Source: a virus. Taken from it: a stretch of 64,000 nt of DNA. The notes below the pieces were generated by a model. The model made no database searches and had not been told where the DNA came from. It was given only the letters and a program-made list of their open reading frames with translations. Positions 47,442 through 56,817 of this stretch are shown piece after piece (position 1 is the first letter of the stretch; each line of letters opens with the position of its first letter). The stretch covers positions 13,010 through 77,009 of the IMG/VR virus record IMGVR_UViG_3300043446_001144; one strand, written 5' to 3'. The position numbers and the translations under genes are program-made.

Positions 47442-47825
47442 TTAGTTAGGCCGCCAAATGTATCCAAGTTGTTCTAAATAATTAGCAAGATGAGAAGGAA
47501 CACGATACTTAACACCAGACTTAAATGTATAACTTTGAGGTGTCCCATTTACAACACCAAAAGTCATATCATCAATATCGGTGATTGTTCGAATGATTAC
47601 GTAGTCATTCGACACTGACACGCCTACATTCTCAATTTCATCTAGAACAAGAGGAGCATCTGGTTTCTTTGGGTCAAAGACATCCCGCTCCATACTTTCT
47701 GCCTCGATTTGATTAGCAATCGAAATTTCTTCTTGACGCTTTTTTAACTCAGCAGCATTCTTTTTTGCTGCTTTTTCGGCTGCAACGCCAGTTGCATCCA
47801 ATGGACTTGTTGCTTTATTTGCCAC
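47442..47825 (-). CDS. Hypothetical protein directly after the capsid gene
   Basis: Start moved to GTG 47825 (AGGAG RBS); F..G.KYRVP..LA.YLE.LGY. Confidence 0.75.
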   Translation of the reverse strand: MANKATSPLDATGVAAEKAAKKNAAELKKRQEEISIANQIEAESMERDVFDPKKPDAPLVLDEIENVGVSVSNDYVIIRTITDIDDMTFGVVNGTPQSYTFKSGVKYRVPSHLANYLEQLGYIWRPN

Positions 47826-47856
47826 GGTGTTTATTCTCCTAAGTTGTGTGGTTGAT

Positions 47857-47897
47857 GATGCCTGGGAGCCAAAGAAGGAGTATGGCTCCCAGACATC
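47857..47897 (-). promoter_or_regulatory. 15-bp hairpin with CUCCUU loop in the capsid 3' UTR
   Basis: GATGTCTGGGAGCCA-TACTCCTTCTT-TGGCTCCCAGGCATC. Confidence 0.7.
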
Positions 47898-47905
47898 GGG
47901 TGAAA

Positions 47906-49033
47906 CTAGTTGGTGTAGACCTTGACGATAGCCTGGTCTGTGATGACACCAAGACCCCAAATTGCGTACCAAGCAAGAGCGTGCTCACGACCGAAGTCAA
48001 GAACACCACCATCGCGAAGTTCGACTGGGAGAGAGATTGCGTGACCAAATGCGTTGTCACCAATCATGATGGATTCATAAACTTCTGCACCGTTACCAGT
48101 TGCAGAAGTCAAATAGCCTGCTTCAGCAGTGTAATCAGCAGACACTGGGTTACCACCTTGACCAGGAGCGGTGTTAGCCTTAACTGGTACTGAGATTGCT
48201 GAAGACGGAGCAGCAGCATCTGTAGAAGTGGTGTAAGAAGCGTTGATAGCCAACTTCTTAACCTGTGTGGTTTCGATGAATACTACGTCGTAGAGACGTC
48301 CAATTTCACCGAGCATGAAGTTACCTGGAGCAGCGTACTTTGTTACTTCGATGAACTCTGGGTTCGAACGAATATCACGTGACTGCTTTGGATGTACGAA
48401 CTGTACATATGTTTCGCCAAGACGTGGGATGTTCTTACCAGCAAGGGTAAGAGCAGCATCCTTGACAGCACCGGTAGTTAACTTGTAGTTACCATCGAGT
48501 GCAGCGAAGTTTGCAGCGACTGTACCTTCGTTGTACCAGTCGTTTACACCCTGAAGACCTGTGCGGTCATAACCAAACACTGCAGAAGTTGCAGCAGATA
48601 GGGTATTACGTGCCTGTACGTCGAGATACTGCGCCATGTGACGACCAAGAAGACGTGAAGCAGAAGCCATCACGTCATCGAAGGATGCATTGAGAAGAAG
48701 TTCAGAAACTGCTACTGCGTAGCCGTGTTCTGCAACTGTAATAGCAATCTGCTCTGCAGTAAGAGCGTTCGTTGTCATACGAACACCTTCTGTTAGAGGA
48801 GATGGGTCTACTGCGAAGTTCTTGTAACGAAGGAAGTTCACACGAAGACCAGGAGCAACTCCTAGTTCAGTCTTCTTAACAGCGAACTGTTCGAAACGAA
48901 GGATTGGCATTGCCTGGAACAAGATTTCCTTGGACCAGATTGTCTGAATTGCTTGATTGAGGCTTGAATTGGAGCCTGAATAAGCGGTAGGGGCGCTGGC
49001 GAGTTGACCAGTACCTGTAATTGCACTTGCCAT
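47906..49033 (-). CDS. Major capsid protein (N4 gp56-like)
   Basis: LRFEQFA, LTEG, EHGYA, VHP.Q..D, GEIGR...V.FIET, DFGR...AWY. Confidence 0.93.
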   Translation of the reverse strand: MASAITGTGQLASAPTAYSGSNSSLNQAIQTIWSKEILFQAMPILRFEQFAVKKTELGVAPGLRVNFLRYKNFAVDPSPLTEGVRMTTNALTAEQIAITVAEHGYAVAVSELLLNASFDDVMASASRLLGRHMAQYLDVQARNTLSAATSAVFGYDRTGLQGVNDWYNEGTVAANFAALDGNYKLTTGAVKDAALTLAGKNIPRLGETYVQFVHPKQSRDIRSNPEFIEVTKYAAPGNFMLGEIGRLYDVVFIETTQVKKLAINASYTTSTDAAAPSSAISVPVKANTAPGQGGNPVSADYTAEAGYLTSATGNGAEVYESIMIGDNAFGHAISLPVELRDGGVLDFGREHALAWYAIWGLGVITDQAIVKVYTN

Positions 49034-49066
49034 TTAGGTCAAGTCCTTTCTAGATAGTTGTTTGGG

Positions 49067-49831
49067 TTAACCGAACAGTCCCTGACCACGATTGCTGGCT
49101 GCATTGCCAAGTAGTTTGGCTCTTTGTTTCGCATAGTCTGCCAATGACATATCCCTGATTGAATCAGGCGTGTACGATTGTTGTGACGAATCATTATCGA
49201 GGGGTCCTGCGGCAGGCGCTGTTACGCGTGGTCCTGCCATTTGTGCTCTAGCAGACTGCATAGCCTGTTGAGCGGATTCTAAAATACGAGCAGATTTATC
49301 TTTAAGAGTTGCGATGCTTTGCTCAATTTCATCTGACGAAGTTCCTTCAATCAAGTCGATAAGTTCAGGAATAATGTTTTCACGTTCCTGTTCTAAACGA
49401 GATTGACGGTAATTCATCAACTCTTGGAACTTGCGTTCCTGTTCAAGGAGTGCGATAGCACGTTCTCTTTCAAGACGTTCGTTCTCTAGTTGAGATTGAA
49501 ATTCTTGCTCCTTCTTCTTGAGAAGGTCTTTGAAGGACAGTTCGTTTTCTTCCTGCTCCTTCTTCAACTGTGCTGCACGGGCTTCTTCATCAGCAATGCG
49601 TGATTGACGCTCTGCTTCACGAGCCGCCGCTTCTTCTCGTTCTCTTTTCAAAGACGAGAGTTCTTCTTTCATCTTTTCCAATTGCGGATACAACTTGGCT
49701 TTTTCCTGCTCACGCGCCTTTGCGATGTCATCAGCAGAATAGGTAGGCATATCTCCACTCATTTGGATTTCTACTGGGGTTTGAACCTCAGCAAGTACTG
49801 TTTCGTCTACTGCGTTTTCCATAGTAGTCAC
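49067..49831 (-). CDS. Scaffolding protein
   Basis: Coiled coil, QEKAKLY, MSLADYAKQR; between portal and capsid. Confidence 0.85.
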   Translation of the reverse strand: MTTMENAVDETVLAEVQTPVEIQMSGDMPTYSADDIAKAREQEKAKLYPQLEKMKEELSSLKREREEAAAREAERQSRIADEEARAAQLKKEQEENELSFKDLLKKKEQEFQSQLENERLERERAIALLEQERKFQELMNYRQSRLEQERENIIPELIDLIEGTSSDEIEQSIATLKDKSARILESAQQAMQSARAQMAGPRVTAPAAGPLDNDSSQQSYTPDSIRDMSLADYAKQRAKLLGNAASNRGQGLFG

Positions 49832-49951
49832 TTATCTTTCTTATGTCGTTGTCCGTATGCCTTTCGGCGTATCCCTTTGTTATTATGAGATAATTGCATT
49901 ACATTTAAATGCGCTTGTCTCGGTATATTCCAAATATTTTTATTTGGAAAT

Positions 49952-51688
49952 CTATTCTCTATCCACTGCCCTTCTTTGAGGAATTTTAGTTCCATAGGCT
50001 TGGGTCAATAAAGTTTGTCTAATAGAGGCTTCTGCCTGTGCATTCATGGCTTCTGATTCCTGATTTACTGGGTCTTCGACATTTTCAGGAGTTGGGGCTC
50101 CTTCTACGCCATCGCCCATGACATCGCCATCACCTAACTGAGTAGGCTGTAGCGGAACGGCGCTTGTACCATCAGGTCCAGGCATCATTCCAGTCATATC
50201 TTGAATCTGTTTTTGAATTTGAACTCGAACGAGAGTCAGGGCACCGTCCGCCTTAGCATCTTCAACAAGTTCACGACGAATCTCTTGCAACTTCTCTTCT
50301 GGGAATTCTTCACCAAGAGTGCGAAGTGCGCCTTCCTTAGACTCAAGACCCATACCAAGTTTGGTCTGGATTTCATTAAGAACAATGAGTTTGTCGAGAG
50401 GTAGTGGAGGTGGGAACTGTACATAGTTCATGTATGACAGTGGGTCGTTAGGGTCTAGGCGGTCTAGTTGACCTTCCTTGATTGGACCATCTTCATTTGG
50501 GTTATAAAGGAATGTTTGTGGTTCCTTAATGGCAAGGGTGCGAAGTGCAAGTTCATTGATTCGCTCAAGACCCTTACCATATTGCGCTACTTTTTGAGAA
50601 TAGCGATTCATCAATGGCTGATACTGAATAGAAAGAGCAACACCTGATGTGTTTGAAATTGGCTGGACTTGTCCAAGCGCAGTTTCAGGAATGTTCATAA
50701 GTTCGTGCATTGAGCGTTTTAGCAACTCAAGATATTTAAGTGCGCCGTCGATTCCTTGCGCACCACCTTCAAGGTTGAAGACTTGGGCGTCTTTGGGAAG
50801 ACCGCCCCAAACCTTCTTTGCACCTTTCTCAAGGTTAGAGGCTTTAGCACCTACAATAACTGTCACAGGAGAAGCGTGATAGTTAATGATGTCTGCGACA
50901 TCGGTGCTAATTTCGTTATATGCACGGTTGATAGTGATGATGTCGTGTGCGTCCGAGAGACCCCACGGTGAACCTGAAACAGGAACGTTAGGAATATGTA
51001 CCACTGGGATAAGTCCTAGTGGATTTGGGCGTGAATCAATGAGTTCATCGTTGATGTACTCTTCAATTACGTCATCAGTCAAAATTTCAGTATAGGTAAA
51101 CACTTGGCGTGTACCCTCAAGTGATGTGCCCCAAAAACGATACTTTTGTTTGAATCTCAGTAACCGTGTTCTATCGTGTGGATGGAACTCAGGGAAGCAG
51201 AAAGAAGAGTTCATAGGAAGAATACGGACACGACCAGGATGGAACATGCCAGCAGAGTCTGTCCAGGGCTCTTCATAAGCCACTTTGACGAATACATCGC
51301 CTGTGATACCACCTTGTTGTCCCATCTCAAGTAGGACACGCATTTTGTCGTTGTCAATCTCCCAAATACGTTCTAATCTGTCTGGAACAATTGCTTCAGT
51401 CGACTTTGGAGAACGGAAGTGAACGCCACGTCCAAAAACAAATCTTGCAAGGTAATCGTTGAAAGCGCGGTAGTAATTAACCGCAATCTGCATTTCGCCT
51501 TGCTCACGGCGGTAACCCCAGTGATGACCAAGATACATCGCCCAATTAAGTGAGTAACGGTTTAAACGAGGACCATGAACCTCAAATTCTTCGTCAGCAA
51601 GTTCTACAAGTCCAAGAGGTGAAATAGAAATAGTAAGGTCAGATGACGCCGCTCTATACGACGGTGGCGTGAAATCTAGAAATGACAT
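49952..51688 (-). CDS. Portal protein (SPP1 gp6-like)
   Basis: NYYRAF, NPLG.IPVVHIPN, SGVAL, PLP.D. Confidence 0.9.
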   Translation of the reverse strand: MSFLDFTPPSYRAASSDLTISISPLGLVELADEEFEVHGPRLNRYSLNWAMYLGHHWGYRREQGEMQIAVNYYRAFNDYLARFVFGRGVHFRSPKSTEAIVPDRLERIWEIDNDKMRVLLEMGQQGGITGDVFVKVAYEEPWTDSAGMFHPGRVRILPMNSSFCFPEFHPHDRTRLLRFKQKYRFWGTSLEGTRQVFTYTEILTDDVIEEYINDELIDSRPNPLGLIPVVHIPNVPVSGSPWGLSDAHDIITINRAYNEISTDVADIINYHASPVTVIVGAKASNLEKGAKKVWGGLPKDAQVFNLEGGAQGIDGALKYLELLKRSMHELMNIPETALGQVQPISNTSGVALSIQYQPLMNRYSQKVAQYGKGLERINELALRTLAIKEPQTFLYNPNEDGPIKEGQLDRLDPNDPLSYMNYVQFPPPLPLDKLIVLNEIQTKLGMGLESKEGALRTLGEEFPEEKLQEIRRELVEDAKADGALTLVRVQIQKQIQDMTGMMPGPDGTSAVPLQPTQLGDGDVMGDGVEGAPTPENVEDPVNQESEAMNAQAEASIRQTLLTQAYGTKIPQRRAVDRE

Positions 51689-51948
51689 TACTTCTTGCCT
51701 TTATCCTTTTCGGATTTGCTATCTTCTTTTTTCTTTACGCCTTTTTTATTTTCTAATTCTTTTTGTTGTTTCTTTTGCGCCATCTTTTTACGACGGTCTG
51801 CTTCAGTTGTTTCTACATACTGACCGCCTGCTTGTTGATACTTTTTAGCAACCCACGCACTTGCGCCAGGATTAGGCCATTTTGAATACTTAGCCTTTGC
51901 CTGTGCAACAAACATTGCATACAACTTTGGATTAGCGGGTTTTCTCAC
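51688..51948 (-). CDS. Small basic protein
   Basis: Start moved to GTG 51948 (GGAGGAG); KPANPKLY...AKAKY..WP....AWV...Y...GG.Y. Confidence 0.75.
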   Translation of the reverse strand: MRKPANPKLYAMFVAQAKAKYSKWPNPGASAWVAKKYQQAGGQYVETTEADRRKKMAQKKQQKELENKKGVKKKEDSKSEKDKGKK

Positions 51949-52017
51949 TGAACTCCTCCAGATAGCCTGTTCCCGCCCATACACTACCGTATGAGCGGGG
52001 TCAGGTTGCTAAATTAG

Positions 52018-52413
52018 TTAGTCGTTTACGACTGTTGGTGCTGGGCGTTGTTGACGTCCACCTGAACGTACAACTGTTTCGATGGTCTGCTCTGCACGGT
52101 CTGTGTAGGTACCGTGAGCAAACTCACCGAGGAATGTTGGGGCTTCAACCCATGCTGCAGAGCCTACGTGTGCACGCTCTGAGAGAGTTTCAGCAGCAGG
52201 CTTCTGCCACACAGGTGCGTTACGATTTGGACGACCTGCGGCTACAGCAGAACCTTGTGCCATTCCCTTTTGAAAATCGCTTGGAACATCGGTGTCGGTG
52301 GCGACGCCTTCTTCAAAGCGTAGTGGTCCACGTCGTACTGGGTTGTCCCCCAACTTACGTTCGTAGACATTTGGTGCACGCTCTGGAAAGCGAGGTGCTG
52401 GTGAAATAGTCAT
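52018..52413 (-). CDS. Hypothetical protein
   Basis: AAGGAG RBS; RGPLRFEEG..TDTDVP, ERAHVGSA. Confidence 0.75.
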   Translation of the reverse strand: MTISPAPRFPERAPNVYERKLGDNPVRRGPLRFEEGVATDTDVPSDFQKGMAQGSAVAAGRPNRNAPVWQKPAAETLSERAHVGSAAWVEAPTFLGEFAHGTYTDRAEQTIETVVRSGGRQQRPAPTVVND

Positions 52414-52481
52414 TGGAGACTCCTTATTTCTAGGTAGGTATACCTGGTTATAGTTTCCACCCTTTTGTGAACTTTGTGTGG

Positions 52482-54059
52482 CTAACCAAAGAAAGGATTG
52501 CTTGATGCCACAACTTCAGGCATTACAAGGTCTTGGGTTAAAGAGCATGCTATGGCTAAAGAGTCTACGAAGTCGTCATGTGCATACGACTCGTCAGGAG
52601 CAGCCACAAGAAAGTTTGGGCCTTTATACTGAACCTCTGCGTCCACCATTTGTTGATAGAACCTTTTCCAAGTTCTTAGGCGCCGAGTCTTTGCATGAGA
52701 AGGCCATGAAATCATTTTGCGTTGAATTAAGGCCTGCAGATGTTTCCATCTTTTTGATTGTTCGGAAGGACTAGAAGTTAAAGACATAACTTCTGCCCTT
52801 GGCAAAAGCAGTTTAAGTCGTTGTGCAACCGCGTCTCCCACACCATTAGCATCAACACCTACAGCAAGCACATCGTAGTTTTCTAAAAAGTTAACAATTT
52901 GATAGTACTGCTCTTCCCAGTCATCCCCTTGCATTTCAAGCCAATTTAAAACACGATGGTCAAAATAACCAAACTCATCAGGACGGTCCCAATCAACCCA
53001 AACAATAGTAACAACTGTTGAGTCGGTTTTTCTTGCAGGGTCAATTCCCACAACGACGGGTGTCTTGTGCCAACTTTTGACAAGTTCTTGCGACGTATCA
53101 CCGAGTTCGTCCATGATTGATGATGTAACGAACATCCCTCTCTCCAACAACCATTTGCAGTTGTACGACATTTGGAATTCATCTGAGTCTTCTCCAATCC
53201 TTAACATTTCTTTACGAATAAATTTCTCATAATTTTGATTGAATTTTGATACGTCTTTCCAATCCCATTGAAAATGATTTTGACGTGCAGCACGACCTGT
53301 TTGTCGTCTACGGTTTAACTGAATGGAACGATAGAAATTGTTTTTGCTAGTGGTTGGTGTTCCAGTTTTAACCATAGTTCCTGCATAATATGCCAACATA
53401 GGAGATATAGACTTAGATACAACAAAGTCGTCAGCCTCTTGACACTCATCAATAATTACCAAATGAAAAGATTTTGATTCAATTTTTGCTCTTGGGTTTG
53501 CTGTCATCATGGTGATAGTTGAACCAGATTTTTTTAAACGAATTTGTCGTGTAACACCTCCTACACGTGCGGCTGTATCGTCAATTTCTGGGTCATCCAT
53601 AATTTCAACAGCACGTTCTGAACTAAGTCTTGTGACAGTGCGTCCAAACAAAGTCTCTGCTTGTGATTCAGTTGGAGCAAAAAGCCCAACCCAAATACCG
53701 TCTTTAAATTTTCCCAATAAATCTGGATACAACTTAGCAAGTCTTGGTAGCAAAATCATCATCGTTGCTACAGTATCTGCAACGGTTTCTGATTTACCAG
53801 ACTGACGAGAAGCAAGAGCCGTTATTTCTTCGCCATCATTAATGATGACGGATTCCATGATTCTACGTGCAAGAGGTTTTTGATATGGGTGTAAATCGTG
53901 TCCTACGAGGACTTTTAGGAACTCCAACATTTTGTCTATCAACTTGTTTACAAACTGTTGCGATAACTCGTCTAAAGGCTCTTCAACGTGTTCATCAACA
54001 GGTTGTTCGTCCTGTAAATAGAACTCAGGATTTATCTCTTCATATTTATCTTCTTCCAT
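52482..54059 (-). CDS. terL: Terminase large subunit
   Basis: SRQSGKS, IIDECQ, TGT, VGIDPA, HDDFVDS. Confidence 0.95.
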   Translation of the reverse strand: MEEDKYEEINPEFYLQDEQPVDEHVEEPLDELSQQFVNKLIDKMLEFLKVLVGHDLHPYQKPLARRIMESVIINDGEEITALASRQSGKSETVADTVATMMILLPRLAKLYPDLLGKFKDGIWVGLFAPTESQAETLFGRTVTRLSSERAVEIMDDPEIDDTAARVGGVTRQIRLKKSGSTITMMTANPRAKIESKSFHLVIIDECQEADDFVVSKSISPMLAYYAGTMVKTGTPTTSKNNFYRSIQLNRRRQTGRAARQNHFQWDWKDVSKFNQNYEKFIRKEMLRIGEDSDEFQMSYNCKWLLERGMFVTSSIMDELGDTSQELVKSWHKTPVVVGIDPARKTDSTVVTIVWVDWDRPDEFGYFDHRVLNWLEMQGDDWEEQYYQIVNFLENYDVLAVGVDANGVGDAVAQRLKLLLPRAEVMSLTSSPSEQSKRWKHLQALIQRKMISWPSHAKTRRLRTWKRFYQQMVDAEVQYKGPNFLVAAPDESYAHDDFVDSLAIACSLTQDLVMPEVVASSNPFFG

Positions 54060-54134
54060 ATACCACCATTAAACAGCGTGACCCACCTTTTGGGTGGGTC
54101 AACGCTAGACCTGTAGAGAGGCGAAGCATAGAAA

Positions 54135-54377
54135 TCATATCACAGGGTTAGAACGTCTTTTTAATTCTTTGGCAATGGCGTGAAAGGCTTCAGCGCCCAT
54201 AAGAACTTCGTCTAAGTCAGATTCGTTCTGCTGTCTCTGCCATGCTGTTATGTGCTTCCCCACTATGAACATTGACTGTTCCATCCAAGTTATTAAATCT
54301 GGAGTAGAGATTGTCGCTACCCTCTTCTCTATCCGAGTCTGGGGCTGGTGTCCATCCCGCTTCTTCCGTAAAATCAT
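54135..54377 (-). CDS. Hypothetical helical protein
   Basis: Directly upstream of terL; overlaps the upstream ORF. Confidence 0.55.
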   Translation of the reverse strand: MILRKKRDGHQPQTRIEKRVATISTPDLITWMEQSMFIVGKHITAWQRQQNESDLDEVLMGAEAFHAIAKELKRRSNPVI

Positions 54378-54618
54378 CGTAAGTTACATCCCGCCTTTCA
54401 AGTGCCGAATTCAATGCTTCTATTTCATCCTTTTTCCCAGTCCATTTTCCTAAAACTAGGGCTTTGTAATTAGGTAAGCGTACTATAAAGGGTTCAGAAG
54501 TCCTAAAAGGCTCTTCAATTTCTTGAGTCCAACCTCTAACGACTACCTTTGAACCCCAATGATAAGGAAATTTTGTGATTTGTATAAACAGGGGTCCGAT
54601 GTTGTGAGCCTTTGGCAT
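54217..54618 (-). CDS. Hypothetical protein
   Basis: QEIEEPFR; follows the KTSC gene. Confidence 0.6.
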   Translation of the reverse strand: MPKAHNIGPLFIQITKFPYHWGSKVVVRGWTQEIEEPFRTSEPFIVRLPNYKALVLGKWTGKKDEIEALNSALERRDVTYDDFTEEAGWTPAPDSDREEGSDNLYSRFNNLDGTVNVHSGEAHNSMAETAERI

Positions 54619-54620
54619 AG

Positions 54621-55433
54621 TTACCGTTTCTTTGGTTTTAGTGCTCTTTGTTTTTTGGCATTTCTATCATATTGTTTTGCGTCGCGCTTTAACTGCATAG
54701 TTCTAGTAAGTCTATAGAAGGCGGCACGAGCATATGAGGGTAATGCTGAAATATTGGCTGGACCACGAGGTTTGTAATCTAATACTTGGTAAATATACCG
54801 ACCTTTGGAGACTCGACGTTTAAAATCTTGCCATTCCGCTACTGTAACTTCATAGTAGTTATAATAGGTTCCATCACGGAACACCACTGTTAATACGCTT
54901 CGGTCTCGGTCATACCCAGCAGCAACTGTTCTTGGACGTTCAGGATTGATTGAAGAGGTTGGAACTAAAGATAATGGAGCAGGAGCATCCGACTCACCAA
55001 ATTGCGGTCCTTTTTCACCTGGGATAACAGTCTCACCGGTGTCTAAGTCTTCATCGTAGTATGTACGACCAGAAGAGCGGTCTACAAAGTTTCCTTGAGA
55101 GTCAATATAATAAACGTCTTCACCATAGAAGACAGCCTCTCCTGCTTGATTTCTTTTATTTGCTTCTGCTTGTGTTTGCGGATTATAGTACCGCATAGTT
55201 TCTGTGGCATTTAACAAAGAAATAGTTTCAAAAAACTCACCTGATGAGGCTGCTGTAGGCATACCAGCAAACGGACTTTGAAAAGCCCCTTCCTGTGACA
55301 TGATGTTCATCATGCCCCTTGTTTGTTTTGGACCTAAACCAAAAGGTTGCCCAAGTGCTGCAAAATACTCGTTAGCAGACGGTATTGCTTGACGCCTGTT
55401 GCGGGGTGCGCCACCGCCTGCTATACGAGCCAT
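54621..55433 (-). CDS. KTSC-domain protein
   Basis: AGYD....LTVVFRDG.YY.Y..V....W..F....SKGRYI. Confidence 0.8.
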   Translation of the reverse strand: MARIAGGGAPRNRRQAIPSANEYFAALGQPFGLGPKQTRGMMNIMSQEGAFQSPFAGMPTAASSGEFFETISLLNATETMRYYNPQTQAEANKRNQAGEAVFYGEDVYYIDSQGNFVDRSSGRTYYDEDLDTGETVIPGEKGPQFGESDAPAPLSLVPTSSINPERPRTVAAGYDRDRSVLTVVFRDGTYYNYYEVTVAEWQDFKRRVSKGRYIYQVLDYKPRGPANISALPSYARAAFYRLTRTMQLKRDAKQYDRNAKKQRALKPKKR

Positions 55434-55447
55434 AAATTACTTTAGGC

Positions 55448-56110
55448 TTATGCCCAAGGAGTAATAGTAACTGCTGCACCAGGAGCAACGTTGTTCTGTC
55501 CTGCTGATAGCGACTGTGTTTTGATTGTTCCAGTTGTACCAGTGAGAACTGTGCCAGGTGTAATAGAGCCTGTATCGGCGACTGTCCATCCTGAACCTGC
55601 AATAACAAGTGTGCTTCCTGAACCACCAGTTACAGTCCAAGTACCAACAACTGCTGTTGGGATACCTGTACCTGAAGCGATAGTGACCTTAGTGCCTACA
55701 GGCCATGTTGAAGTTCCACCAGTTACGTAAACAGTTGCTGCAGTAGTTGCAGTGACGTTAACGCGGGTAGGTTGTGTAGCAGTGTTTGTTGCTGCTGATG
55801 CAGTAGTGGACACAAGACTTGCATCCTTCATTGCATCGGTTGCGAGTGCTGTTGTAAGGCCAAGTACGCTTGGTACAAGAACGTAATCAGTTGAACCTAC
55901 TACGTCTTCACCAGCGCTGTTTGCGGTAAATAGCGGATATCCACCCCATCCTGATAAAGCAATGATGTGGTTGTCTAATGCAGGGTCGAGACGACCTGCA
56001 AGTGTGTCTGGGCGTGCATCGTTTGGCTGGATTGGCATATTGCCCCAGACGAAATCGATTGCAACTTCTCCTGCGGAATCAAGTAGATTCCCATTGTTAT
56101 TTGTTGCCAT
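55448..56110 (-). CDS. PASTA-domain protein (PASTA split by an insert)
   Basis: VPSVLGLT...A...M..ASL ... IKTQS..AG...APGAAVTIT. Confidence 0.65.
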   Translation of the reverse strand: MATNNNGNLLDSAGEVAIDFVWGNMPIQPNDARPDTLAGRLDPALDNHIIALSGWGGYPLFTANSAGEDVVGSTDYVLVPSVLGLTTALATDAMKDASLVSTTASAATNTATQPTRVNVTATTAATVYVTGGTSTWPVGTKVTIASGTGIPTAVVGTWTVTGGSGSTLVIAGSGWTVADTGSITPGTVLTGTTGTIKTQSLSAGQNNVAPGAAVTITPWA

Positions 56111-56346
56111 TAGTTTTCTTCCTCACATGTGTGGTTGTCTAGTTCAGTCTCAAAAAGAACTTCTTCGCAGTCGCGACATTTGAAGAAGCGTACTTCGTCT
56201 AGTGCTGGATGTAAGGAATCCGAATGTTCGTCGCCGTAAGCCCTCTGAGGTCCTGCTAGAACTTCAGGTGGAAACGGTCCTCTTGGACTGTGTGAGGATG
56301 ATGGTACAGCATGTCCTTGGACTGCGAACTTACGAATTACTTTCAT
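56110..56346 (-). CDS. Small zinc-finger protein
   Basis: CRDC.........H.C. Confidence 0.65.
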   Translation of the reverse strand: MKVIRKFAVQGHAVPSSSHSPRGPFPPEVLAGPQRAYGDEHSDSLHPALDEVRFFKCRDCEEVLFETELDNHTCEEEN

Positions 56347-56632
56347 TTATTTCTTCGGTAGTAGACGGCTCTGCTTCAGGCTCTTCTACGACTGACTCTT
56401 CTACTTCTGTTTTGGCAGCCTTAGACTTCTTTTTTGATTTAGCGGGAGCAGTTTCTAGAGTTGCTAACGCATCATCTACTGTGTCGGTCATATGGGTAGT
56501 GGTTGGCAGATTTCCTGCCTTACGCATGCCATCTAGAAATTTTGGAAGGTGTTTGCCGCAATAAAAGAGGGACTTATCTTGTACGAGCCTGTATTCGTAC
56601 AAAGAGATGTCGTCGCAATTAACGCATTTCAT
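56330..56632 (-). CDS. Small Zn-binding protein
   Basis: CVNC...YCGKHLP. Confidence 0.65.
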   Translation of the reverse strand: MKCVNCDDISLYEYRLVQDKSLFYCGKHLPKFLDGMRKAGNLPTTTHMTDTVDDALATLETAPAKSKKKSKAAKTEVEESVVEEPEAEPSTTEEINESNS

Positions 56633-56817
56633 TATTTAACCTTCTTTGCTACCTTTTTAGCAGGAGCCTTCTTTACAGACTTCTTTTTGGCAGGAACAAC
56701 TTTGACGTGTGCGGGTTGTTCAAAAGGAGTCCCATCAAATACTTTGCCATCTTTATCGCCATCTTTTGGTTGTTCAATAATCCATAGAAATTGAAGTAAT
56801 TTTTTAATGAGGTTCAT
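56632..56817 (-). CDS. Small protein with DxDxDG motif and histone H1-like KKAPAKK tail
   Basis: DGDKDGKVFDGT; KKAPAKKVAKK. Confidence 0.65.
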   Translation of the reverse strand: MNLIKKLLQFLWIIEQPKDGDKDGKVFDGTPFEQPAHVKVVPAKKKSVKKAPAKKVAKKVK

